The translations under genes and the position numbers were made by a program. A stretch of 64,000 nt of DNA, from IMG/VR virus record IMGVR_UViG_3300034782_000062, positions 118,771-182,770 of that record, one strand, 5' to 3'. Of this stretch, positions 55,947 through 63,994 are shown piece by piece. Under the pieces are notes generated by a model that searched no databases, was not told the DNA's origin, and worked only from the letters and a program-made list of their open reading frames with translations. This DNA comes from a virus. Position 1 is the stretch's first letter; each line of letters opens with the position of its first letter.

Positions 55947-57533
55947 ATGGCAAACCGAGCACTGTTCAAGAACAAGACTCCGGGACGCATGGTCCCGGAA
56001 ACCACCACCAAGAACGAGGCAGGCGGAAAGGCCTACGCGTTCAGCGACGAGCACGCGCTCGCGCAGTACGCGGCCACCGGTTGCATCAACGGCACCTACT
56101 ACGCGTCGGCGCAGGACCAGCTCGATACGGTCCTTGGCATGGCGAAGAAGTGCTCTTCGGAGTTCATCGCCAAGACGGCGCTGTGGGTCAGGACCCAGGG
56201 GTTCATGAAGGACATGCCGGCGCTCCTGTGCTGCGTTCTCGCAGCACGGAAGGACGAAGAGTCCAGGGCGCTCCTGACCGCCGTCTTTCCCAGGGTCATC
56301 GACAACGGAAAGATGCTCATGAACTTCGTTCAGATCATGCGCTCTGGCGCGGTCGGACGAAAGAGCATGGGATCTCTCCCGAGGCGCCTGGTCCGTAACT
56401 GGCTCAACGAGCACGACGGCAACTGGCTGTTCCGCAACTCGGTCGGTCAGAAGCCCTCGATGGGTGACATCGTGAAGATGGTCCACCCGAAGGCGAAGGA
56501 CGCGGAGCACGATGCACTCTTCGGCTATTTCATCAAGAAGGATCTCGACGGGAAGGCCGAGGCTCTCCCGCCGCTGGTCAAGGAGTTCGAGGCGTGGAAG
56601 CTCGACCGCGATCTCCCGCTGCCGAAGGTGCCCTTCCAGCTCCTGACCAACGAGCAGCTTTCTGACGAGCAGTGGGCGACCATCATCGAGAACGGCAACT
56701 GGCACTTCACCAGGATGAACCTGAACACGGCCGCGAGGCACAACGTGTTCACGATTCGTCCGGAGCTGGTAGAGGTCGTGGCCAAGAGGCTCGCTGACCC
56801 AGCGATAATCCAGAAGGTGAAGGTCTTCCCGTACCAGATCCTGATGACCTACAAGGCGGCGAGCGAGAGCGCTCCTCGCCCGGTCATCAACGCGCTGCAC
56901 GACGCACTCGAAGAGTCGGTGAAGAACATCCCGGCCATCGAGGGTGACGTTGTGGTCTTTCCCGACGTGTCGGCGTCGATGAGCAGCCCGGTAACGGGTG
57001 GCGGCGGGTGGAGCACCCCTTCGACGAAGGTGAGCTGCATCGACGTCGCGGCGCTCTTCTCGGCAGCCATCCTCCGGATGAACCCGAACGCGACGATCGT
57101 CCCGATCGACACGAAAGTTCATCCGACCTTCAAGATGGAGCCGAGAGACTCCGTCATGACCAACGCCAAGAACCTCGGCGCGTTCCGCGGCGGCGGAACC
57201 TCTCTCGGAAGCGCAATCCAGTGGATGAACGGCAAGAAGATGGACGCGGACGTGATCATCTTCGTCAGCGACAACCAGAGCTGGGCGGATCCGTGGGGGG
57301 ACGGACGTGGAACCCTCATGCTGAGCGAGTTCCGCAAGGTCCAGAAGCGCAGGCCGAACGCGAAGCTCATCTGCATCGACGTCCAGCCTTACGGGAACAC
57401 CCAGGCTGGCGACGAGAAGCACGCTGTGCTCAACGTCGGTGGGTGGAGCGACCGGGTCTTCACGGTGATCGACTCCTTCCTGAAGGGCGACCCGAAGGGG
57501 TGGGTTGACACCATCAAGGCCGTCGAGGTATAA
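55947..57533 (+). CDS. rsr: Ro60/TROVE-domain RNA-binding protein with vWA domain
   Basis: NEAGGKAY, GTYYAS, GFMKDMPA, RNL-like RMNL, VFPYQ, vWA MIDAS DVSASMS, SDNQ, LICIDV.PY, VGGWSD. Confidence 0.93.
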   Translation: MANRALFKNKTPGRMVPETTTKNEAGGKAYAFSDEHALAQYAATGCINGTYYASAQDQLDTVLGMAKKCSSEFIAKTALWVRTQGFMKDMPALLCCVLAARKDEESRALLTAVFPRVIDNGKMLMNFVQIMRSGAVGRKSMGSLPRRLVRNWLNEHDGNWLFRNSVGQKPSMGDIVKMVHPKAKDAEHDALFGYFIKKDLDGKAEALPPLVKEFEAWKLDRDLPLPKVPFQLLTNEQLSDEQWATIIENGNWHFTRMNLNTAARHNVFTIRPELVEVVAKRLADPAIIQKVKVFPYQILMTYKAASESAPRPVINALHDALEESVKNIPAIEGDVVVFPDVSASMSSPVTGGGGWSTPSTKVSCIDVAALFSAAILRMNPNATIVPIDTKVHPTFKMEPRDSVMTNAKNLGAFRGGGTSLGSAIQWMNGKKMDADVIIFVSDNQSWADPWGDGRGTLMLSEFRKVQKRRPNAKLICIDVQPYGNTQAGDEKHAVLNVGGWSDRVFTVIDSFLKGDPKGWVDTIKAVEV

Positions 57534-57546
57534 CAGATGCAACATC

Positions 57547-57604
57547 GCCCAAATGCCTCCGTGACTACATCTCGTACATGACGTCACGGGAAAACTTGTT
57601 GGGT
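57547..57604 (+). ncRNA. Y-RNA-like element 3 (minimal; 14 nt after the rsr stop)
   Basis: GCCCAAATGC.TCCGTGA-CTACAT...TCACGGGA..CTTGTTGGGT. Confidence 0.65.
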
Positions 57605-57891
57605 GTTGTTCTTTGAGAACATTATGCCAACGGAAGGCTACAATGATAGGCTGGGGGCGTTGAAAGGCGCCCCCAGCCGAATGTGGGGCCGAACAGCAGG
57701 CAACAACGGGTAAGGAAGAGAGCTGTCTAGTACTGCCCGTGGCCCAACCATTTCGTAGTAGCAAAGCCGGTTAGCTGTGCTGGCAAAAGCAGCCTGCGGA
57801 GGCGCTGAGAGCGTCCGATGATGCAGGAAGCAGGATTTCGTAAGTGCCTGCGCCACAGCGCCCAGTACTGTGCGTCAGACGCGGACCCGTG

Positions 57892-57992
57892 GTCCGAATG
57901 CCCGTGGGACTACATTACAATCAAAGCGTAAAAACACATGCTACTGCATGCCGTCTCGCACCCCTTGTCGCCCACACTGTCTGTTGTCTGAC
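57892..57992 (+). ncRNA. Y-RNA-like element 4
   Basis: GTCCGAATGC..TGGGACTACAT...TCTCGCA...TTGTC. Confidence 0.55.
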
Positions 57993-58098
57993 ATGGCTGT
58001 TGGTTCCCTTTCGGGGCCTTCAGCCACCACGCCTCCGAGAGACGCGAGAGAGTGCCTCGTGCCATGGATACGCCCTGGCCGGAGACGTTCCCTTTGAG

Positions 58099-58178
58099 TG
58101 CCAAATGCCGTGGTGACTACATCGACTGGTACTCGATTGGGCCTGGATAGGCCTAATGTCACTGCACTCTTGTTGGTG
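58099..58178 (+). ncRNA. Y-RNA-like element 5
   Basis: TGCCAAATGC.GTGGTGACTACAT...GTCACTGCAC.CTTGTTGGTG. Confidence 0.6.
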
Positions 58179-58211
58179 CTCACACTTAGCTTTTTCCTCA
58201 CGAGGCCCCCA

Positions 58212-58658
58212 ATGACATATGAGATGCAGAATGAGCCAGGGAAGGGCCGCTGCGAACGCTGCGGACTTTTTCTGGATACGGTGGAGAGCGCCTTCGATTC
58301 GAGGCAGACGGGCGAACGCATTTGCGAGCGCTGCGCCTGGATGGAGCACGTCAAGACAGGTCAGGCTCCGATTGGAAAGAAGGTTGCGAGTGCTTGCGCG
58401 GACCCAACACATCTGTGTTATGGGTTTGTTTTTGAGGACGAGCACCCGCCGCTCACGGACTGCGTCAAACGTGGTGACGAGGCTGAGCTGCTCGAAGTCT
58501 TCAGGGCTCAGGTTCATCAGGATTGGGACGTCCGGGCGCTCATCGAGATGAAGCGAGCGATCCGTGACAAGGCCGAGGAAGGAAACGACCCCCTGTGGCA
58601 GCAGAAGCTGGAGGTCATCGATCAAGAGCTGGCTGGCCGCGGAGTTTTTGTGGGATAG
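58212..58658 (+). CDS. Hypothetical protein with N-terminal zinc finger
   Basis: CERC...CERC. Confidence 0.55.
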   Translation: MTYEMQNEPGKGRCERCGLFLDTVESAFDSRQTGERICERCAWMEHVKTGQAPIGKKVASACADPTHLCYGFVFEDEHPPLTDCVKRGDEAELLEVFRAQVHQDWDVRALIEMKRAIRDKAEEGNDPLWQQKLEVIDQELAGRGVFVG

Positions 58659-58664
58659 AAAACA

Positions 58665-58769
58665 AGCCGAATGCTTTGCGGGATTACATTTTGGTTCGAC
58701 TCCAAGTGGCGGCTTTTTATGCCGCCAGGCGCGTTGGGCGCTTCAAGATCTCGCGCCCACTTGTCGGCT
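58665..58769 (+). ncRNA. Y-RNA-like element 6 (T-arm-like insert)
   Basis: AGCCGAATGC..GCGGGATTACAT.TTGGTTCGACTCCAA...TCTCGC..CTTGTCGGCT. Confidence 0.65.
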
Positions 58770-59180
58770 TAAATTTTTCCTCAGCCCTTTGCGAGGTGAG
58801 GGTTGAATCACCGAGGCCCCGCTGGTGGCGATCCAGACCTTTTGCGAGGTGTAGGCAACACCAAGTCCGTGCCGGTGGATTAAAGGCTTTGGCCGTCATG
58901 CCGAGAAATCTGTCTGCCTTCGGCCTCGGTGGCATCGAATACGAGGTGGCGGAGCCTGGTCGTGCTCATGTCGTCCTAGGGACACGCATGAGAGAGGAAG
59001 GGCAGCGAGGCCCCCCAGGTATCGTATGGGTGTGACGGATGAAACACTCTTTCGCATCCGCCAGGGGATCAACCCAGTACCGCCTTATTTTTTAGGAGGT
59101 TCCTGGAAACGGGACGAGGCGACTGAGCGATGCGTAGTGTCGCTACGGCCGAGGAGAAAGGTTCGATTCCCTCTCATTTA

Positions 59181-59286
59181 TGCCGAATGCAGGCGGGACT
59201 ACATTGACTCCAACATTGTCAAGCCAGGGTTCGACTCCCTGTCGTATAGGGGCACGGCTGCCCATTTCTCGTCAAACTTGTCGGCA
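59181..59286 (+). ncRNA. Y-RNA-like element 7 (T-arm)
   Basis: TGCCGAATGC.GGCGGGACTACAT...CAGGGTTCGACTCCCTG...TCTCGTC..CTTGTCGGCA. Confidence 0.65.
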
Positions 59287-59290
59287 TTTT

Positions 59291-59366
59291 GCCTGTGAGA
59301 CCGAAGTGGCCGAGGTGCCAGCCTTCCAAGCTGGTTGAAGTGGGTTCGAGTCCCATCGCAGGCTCC
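59291..59366 (+). tRNA. tRNA-Gly(TCC)
   Basis: CCAGC-ctTCCaa-GCTGG. Confidence 0.82.
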
Positions 59367-59505
59367 GGCTGAATGCCTAGTAGGGATTACATTGGACTAT
59401 GGATCCCGTAGTTGCAGGTTCGAATCCTGCCCACGCCGCTCTTATGGCGTGGTAGCCCAATTGGTAGAGGCGCGTAAACTGTTTCTCTACGCCTTTTTGT
59501 CAGCC
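59367..59505 (+). ncRNA. Y-RNA-like element 8 (YrlA-type, circularly permuted tRNA domain)
   Basis: T-arm GCAGGTTCGAATCCTGC, loop-closed acceptor CCACGCC/GGCGTGG, then D-arm, inside the GGCTGAATGC/TTGTCAGCC frame. Confidence 0.75.
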
Positions 59506-59509
59506 GATT

Positions 59510-59584
59510 GCCGGTGAAGCCAAAGTGGTGCGGCGCCACGTTGCCAACGTGGAGAAGTGGGTTCAACTCCCATCACCGGCTCCA
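59510..59584 (+). tRNA. tRNA-Gly(GCC)
   Basis: CCACG-ttGCCaa-CGTGG; CCA end. Confidence 0.88.
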
Positions 59585-59646
59585 GCCCGAATGCTTGTCG
59601 TGAGTACATTAGGGTATGTATACCTCACGGCGTTTCCTTGTCGGGC
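59585..59646 (+). ncRNA. Y-RNA-like element 9 (minimal)
   Basis: GCCCGAATGC..TCGTGAGTACAT...CTCACGG..CCTTGTCGGGC. Confidence 0.62.
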
Positions 59647-59656
59647 AAAAATTCAT

Positions 59657-59980
59657 AGGCTGAATGCCCAGTGGGGAGTACATCGCATGCCAAGCGCGAG
59701 GCCCAGGTTCGATCCCTGGTCCCGTCTCAACGCCGGTCTCAGTGGAATGACCTCTGTAGGGCGGAAACGTGGTGGAAGGCGATGACTGATTTGATGGAAG
59801 TGCGATCGGCTTCTTTCTCATATCGATCGTTCGGAAGCTCCGTGATGAGCCCTTCACCGGGTTCAAGTCCCGGCGGCGTCGAATTTTCACTCGGTTCGAA
59901 ACCGAGCGCCGTGACTTTAGACGGGATGGTGTAGTGGTAGCACACGAAAACGTTCCTCTCTACGCCTTTCTTGTCAGCCT
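59657..59980 (+). ncRNA. Y-RNA-like element 10 (permuted tRNA domain with ~200-nt insert)
   Basis: AGGCTGAATGC...CAGGTTCGATCCCTG-GTCCCGTCT...AGACGGGAT-GGTGTAGTGGTAGCAC...CTTGTCAGCCT. Confidence 0.65.
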
Positions 59981-59984
59981 ATTT

Positions 59985-60062
59985 GGCCCTGTCGTCTAGT
60001 CAGGTTTAGGACGCCGGCCTCTCACGCCGGAAACGTGGGGTTCAAATCCCCCCAGGGTCACC
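59985..60062 (+). tRNA. tRNA-Glu(CTC)
   Basis: CCGGC-ctCTCac-GCCGG. Confidence 0.88.
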
Positions 60063-60088
60063 GCCCACCGGGGGCACTCGTGAAAAAT

Positions 60089-60230
60089 ACGAATGCCGCT
60101 CGGGTTTACATCTGCGTAACTCACGTAGAGACAGGCTCCGTGAAAGCCGTAAGGCATAAGCGGTAGTCGGGCATCGGGCGCCGCGCGGCGCATGCGCTTC
60201 GCGGTGTGGTAACTCGCGCACCTTTGTCGT
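60089..60230 (+). ncRNA. Y-RNA-like element 11
   Basis: ACGAATGC.GCTCGGGTTTACAT...AACTCGCGC..TTTGTCGT. Confidence 0.55.
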
Positions 60231-60297
60231 CAAACCTTAGGCGCGCGTGTCTCCGGTGGGTATCAATTCGTTCACAAAATCAAAAAGGGGAATTGTC

Positions 60298-60876
60298 ATG
60301 GACCGCATCATCTGTGGGAAGAAGACGCACAAGGTCGGTGTGGCGCCGACGATCGTTCTCGTGCGTCCCAAGTACCCGCACAACATCGGCGCCGCGGTTC
60401 GAGCGGCTTCATGCTTTGGAGTCGAGCAGGTCTGGTTCACTGGCGATCGAATCAAACTGGAGGCCGAGAAGCGCATCCCTCGCGAGGAGCGCATGAAGGG
60501 CTACGCTGGGGTGGACATCATCCAGCATGACCTTCCTATCGAGCGCTTCGAGCAGGTGACGCCGGTCGCGATCGAGGTGCGGCCGAATTCCGAGCTGCTC
60601 ACTGAGTTTGAGCATCCTGAGGACGCGATGTATATCTTTGGTCCTGAGGACGGATCGATCCCAAAGCAGCTTCTCACCATGTGCCATCGTTTTGTGATGA
60701 TTCCGACAAAGCACTGCACCAACCTGTCAGCGGCTGTCTACCTGGTGCTCTATGATCGCTTGCTCAAACGTCAATGGAGCGGGCTCGAAGAGGCCAAGCC
60801 ACCGTCACAATGTCTCGATGAAGACCGGGGCTGGTGGAGCTATGATGACGTCGACGGAGAGATGCCGTTTCAGTAG
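60298..60876 (+). CDS. SpoU/TrmH-family (SPOUT) RNA methyltransferase
   Basis: LVRPKYPHNIGAAVRAASCFG, YIFGPEDG, IP...CTNLSAAVYLVLYDR. Confidence 0.85.
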   Translation: MDRIICGKKTHKVGVAPTIVLVRPKYPHNIGAAVRAASCFGVEQVWFTGDRIKLEAEKRIPREERMKGYAGVDIIQHDLPIERFEQVTPVAIEVRPNSELLTEFEHPEDAMYIFGPEDGSIPKQLLTMCHRFVMIPTKHCTNLSAAVYLVLYDRLLKRQWSGLEEAKPPSQCLDEDRGWWSYDDVDGEMPFQ

Positions 60877-60951
60877 GCTGTCGTGGCTCAATAGGCAGAG
60901 CAGCGCATTCGTAATGCGCAGGTTTCCGGTTCGATTCCGGACGACAGCTCC
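60877..60951 (+). tRNA. tRNA-Thr(CGT)
   Basis: GCGCA-ttCGTaa-TGCGC. Confidence 0.9.
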
Positions 60952-60980
60952 GTTCGAACACAAATCAAAAAGGGGAACAG

Positions 60981-61361
60981 ATGACTGCACAAATGCACAA
61001 TAGAACGCATTCGATCTTCGTGCTCTTGGTTGGTGGCGAGGTCGTCTACACGACGAGCGACTCTAACGACATCATGCGTGAAGCTCGCGAGTCGGTCTTC
61101 CAGTACATATCCGACCACAAACGTCACGACTTGCCGCTCAAAATGACCGACGAAGAGCTTCGATGGATGGATATCGAGGTTCACGAGCTACTCGGTGAGA
61201 GGAGTCAGGTGGCGCTGCCTTATCAGCCATGGGTCGATGACTACTATCGCGAGATGAAAGAGGGCGAGCGCCAGGACGAGGAGCGTGAGTACAAACACTT
61301 CGTCGAGCTGCGCCGGAAGTGGGAAAATCGTTTCCAGTCCGAGCAGAGGGTTAATAAGTAG
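60981..61361 (+). CDS. Hypothetical protein
   Basis: AAAAAGGGGA RBS, 126 aa. Confidence 0.6.
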   Translation: MTAQMHNRTHSIFVLLVGGEVVYTTSDSNDIMREARESVFQYISDHKRHDLPLKMTDEELRWMDIEVHELLGERSQVALPYQPWVDDYYREMKEGERQDEEREYKHFVELRRKWENRFQSEQRVNK

Positions 61362-61366
61362 AACAG

Positions 61367-61441
61367 GCCACCGTAGCTCAACTGGCAGAGCGGCTGATTT
61401 GTAATCAGCAGGCTCCCGGTTCGATTCCGGGCGGTGGCTCC
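61367..61441 (+). tRNA. tRNA-Thr(TGT)
   Basis: GCTGA-ttTGTaa-TCAGC. Confidence 0.92.
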
Positions 61442-61442
61442 T

Positions 61443-61517
61443 GGCCGAATGCTAGAGGGATTACATTGCATTCGTCTCTTAAACGAAAAACGCACAGTCT
61501 CTCAATTCTTGTCGGCC
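61443..61517 (+). ncRNA. Y-RNA-like element 12 (carries a Lys-CUU anticodon arm)
   Basis: GGCCGAATGC.AGAGGGATTACAT..TTCGT-CTCTTAA-ACGAA..GTCTCTC..CTTGTCGGCC. Confidence 0.65.
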
Positions 61518-61543
61518 ACCAATTTTTGTGATTTCTTTACGAC

Positions 61544-62293
61544 GTGACGGAGCCGCTCCAATCCGCAAAGATGGTGCCCAGTGACGTCGGCCCTGAGCAG
61601 GGCTGGCACCTCCGCGAAAGAATCAACATCGGTGGGCTTACCTGTCTCGTCTACGACGTCGAGGACGACTGGCGCCCAAAGGAAGTGACAGGTGTCAAAG
61701 GTATAAAAAAAATCCGAAAGGGTCGCGGCAAAGTCAAGTGGGATGAGCAACCGCTTGGCGCGGTGACGGACAAAGAGATCGCCGAGGAAGTCGGCGTCGT
61801 TCCGTCCGCGGTGCTCAAAGCGCGGCGCAAGCGCGGCGTCAAGAGCAAGCACCCCGCACGGACAAAACTGAAAATCGATTGGGATGAACAGCCGCTCGGC
61901 AAGATGCTCGATCAAGAACTAGCCGAAAGACTCGACGTCGATCCGTCTACAGTGAGCCGCGAACGACGAAAACGGAAGATCCCAAGAAAATTCGTCCGGA
62001 AGACGAAGACACACAATAAGGGCATCGACTGGGATGCTCAACCGCTCGGCGAAGTATCGGATGAGAGCTTGGCCCGAAAGCTCAAGGTCAATCCCAAGTC
62101 CGTCGCGAGTGCTCGTCGAAGGCGAAACATTTCTCCCTGGCAAGAGAAGAAAAAGATTGTTTGGGAGCACCAGCCCCTCGGTGAAATATCCGACGCGGAC
62201 ATCGCGAGGGGGCTCGGAATAGATGCCGGGACTGTGACGGTCGCACGGAACAAGCTCGGCATCCCACCCTACAAGAGACCCAAGAAAAAATAG
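61544..62293 (+). CDS. Repeat HTH-like DNA-binding protein
   Basis: Four ~45-aa repeats WD.QPLG...D...A..L.V....V...R....I. Confidence 0.72.
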   Translation: MTEPLQSAKMVPSDVGPEQGWHLRERINIGGLTCLVYDVEDDWRPKEVTGVKGIKKIRKGRGKVKWDEQPLGAVTDKEIAEEVGVVPSAVLKARRKRGVKSKHPARTKLKIDWDEQPLGKMLDQELAERLDVDPSTVSRERRKRKIPRKFVRKTKTHNKGIDWDAQPLGEVSDESLARKLKVNPKSVASARRRRNISPWQEKKKIVWEHQPLGEISDADIARGLGIDAGTVTVARNKLGIPPYKRPKKK

Positions 62294-62429
62294 GCTGAAT
62301 GCTGAGGGGACTACATCACCCCGGGGGTCGCAGGTTCGAGTCCTGTCGGCGGCGCAAGTCGCTGTAGCTCAGTTGGAAGAGCACCGGGCCACGGGCGAAG
62401 CCCATGCGTCTCGTCGATCTTGTCAGCCT
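62292..62429 (+). ncRNA. Y-RNA-like element 13 (YrlA-type, permuted tRNA domain)
   Basis: GCAGGTTCGAGTCCTGT-CGGCGGC-gcaa-GTCGCTG-TA-GCTCAGTTGGAAGAGC inside the AGGCTGAATGC/CTTGTCAGCCT frame. Confidence 0.78.
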
Positions 62430-62439
62430 TTAGTTCTCG

Positions 62440-62628
62440 TGCCGAATGCGCTCGGGATTACATAGTGCACGCCAGCCGAAAGGCAACCAGGTGGTCGGCT
62501 TTTGGCCACCCGGCGATGACCAGCTTGCGATTCGCCGTGAGCCCCGGCACTTCACCGGGGACACAAACTCCGCGTTTTGAGGGGAGACCCTCTGTGCATG
62601 TCGCGGTATCTCGGGAGAATTGTCGGCA
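62440..62628 (+). ncRNA. Y-RNA-like element 14
   Basis: TGCCGAATGC.CTCGGGATTACAT...TATCTCGGG..TTGTCGGCA. Confidence 0.6.
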
Positions 62629-62690
62629 CATTTGCAAAGTAACAGCTTATGAACATTGAGCTGTTTGTAGTACGCGGTTATCTTTGTTCT

Positions 62691-63119
62691 ATGCGATGTC
62701 GAAAATGTGGAGAGGATAAAGATAAGACCATGTTTCACTGGAAAGTCAAGGGTGAGAGGCGCCATACAACGTGCAAAGAATGCGAATCAGCCTATCACAG
62801 GGACTACTATCTGAAGAACAAGGGCGAGCTGGGAAGGAAGGCTGTCAAGAGGAATAGGGTGAATATTCAAAGGAACAAAAGGCGTGTATTTGAATACCTG
62901 TCTAAGCATCCATGTGTTGACTGTGGAGAGCCAGACCCTGTGGTGTTGGACTTCGATCATGTGCGTGGTGAAAAAAGCTTCAATGTCGCAAGTATGATCT
63001 CAGAGACGTGTTCCTGGGAACGGATAGAAGAAGAGATAAGGAAGTGCGAAGTTCGCTGCGCCAATTGCCATCGTAGAAAAACGGCCAAAGAGCACGGCTG
63101 GTACGACTTCAATGAATAA
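62691..63119 (+). CDS. HNH endonuclease-like protein with zinc fingers
   Basis: CRKC..CKEC; PCVDCG...LDFDHV...KCEVRCANCHRRKT. Confidence 0.8.
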   Translation: MRCRKCGEDKDKTMFHWKVKGERRHTTCKECESAYHRDYYLKNKGELGRKAVKRNRVNIQRNKRRVFEYLSKHPCVDCGEPDPVVLDFDHVRGEKSFNVASMISETCSWERIEEEIRKCEVRCANCHRRKTAKEHGWYDFNE

Positions 63120-63123
63120 TTAT

Positions 63124-63196
63124 GGCGCCTTGGTCAAACGGTAAGACGAGACGCTGCAAACGTCTAGTCGGCGGTTCGACTCCGCCAGGCGCCTCC
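63124..63196 (+). tRNA. tRNA-Cys(GCA)
   Basis: AGACG-ctGCAaa-CGTCT; U73. Confidence 0.9.
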
Positions 63197-63216
63197 GCAA
63201 CGCAAAGGAGAAGAGC

Positions 63217-63729
63217 ATGTTCAAGGTCAATGGATTCAAGCTACAACACCGGATACGTGAGCTGGCGAACATGCGCGAAGTGTACAACCGCCAGTTCACC
63301 GAGGGGCGCTTCCGCTTCCCCGACGAAGAGAAGCGGACGCCGCAAGAGGCGATGGCGCTTCTCGATGAGACGGAGCGCAAGATCGTCGAGCTTCAGCTCG
63401 CTCAGGCGCGGTTCAACACTGAGATCAAAGTCGAGGTCGACGGTCAGTCGCTACCCCTGATGTTCGCCGTCAAGATGGTCGGCGCCCTGGGCCGCATGGA
63501 GAAGATGTGGCGCAACGCTTCGAAGGGGAACGAGAGCCGCTACAGCTACCGCGACTTCGAGACCGAGCGAGACAAAGACAAGGTCTACGCCGTTCCGGCG
63601 ATGACCATGGACGCGTTCGCCGCAAAGGCTCGCGAGGCGGGCGCCAGAGCGGCTCGGTACCGTGAGGCGATCGCCCTCGGTAACGCGACCTCGCTGGAGA
63701 TGGATGTCGATCCAGGGCTCTTCGAGTAA
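63217..63729 (+). CDS. Hypothetical helical protein
   Basis: 170 aa, GGAGAAG RBS, strong codon bias. Confidence 0.7.
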   Translation: MFKVNGFKLQHRIRELANMREVYNRQFTEGRFRFPDEEKRTPQEAMALLDETERKIVELQLAQARFNTEIKVEVDGQSLPLMFAVKMVGALGRMEKMWRNASKGNESRYSYRDFETERDKDKVYAVPAMTMDAFAAKAREAGARAARYREAIALGNATSLEMDVDPGLFE

Positions 63730-63921
63730 TCGATCGGCCCTTTATCGAGTGCATGGGAAGACCAAACCATTTTTCGTTGAGAGACGGAGGTAGCGAATTT
63801 CACGCTGACGGTGGCCCCGCTTTGTCACCCAAAGAGGCCCTACTGCTTGGGGCGTCGTTTCAGTTGCGGGTACCCGCGCGTGAGGAATGCCATCTTAGTG
63901 CTCGTTTTCCCGTGCACATAT

Positions 63922-63994
63922 GCCCCTGTGGTCCAACGGATAGGGCACCGGCCTTCTAAGCCGGGTGGTGGGGGTTCAAATCCCTCCAGGGGTG
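63922..63994 (+). tRNA. tRNA-Arg(TCT)
   Basis: CCGGC-ctTCTaa-GCCGG. Confidence 0.88.

Noticed and set aside
55794-57764. 656-aa minus-strand ORF
   Set aside because: Antisense shadow of the high-GC TROVE gene; similar shadows at 41356-42582 and 19895-20836 were also rejected
59115-59178. tRNA-like element (GGTTCGATTCC)
   Set aside because: Anticodon arm has a 5-nt loop and the acceptor stem is poor
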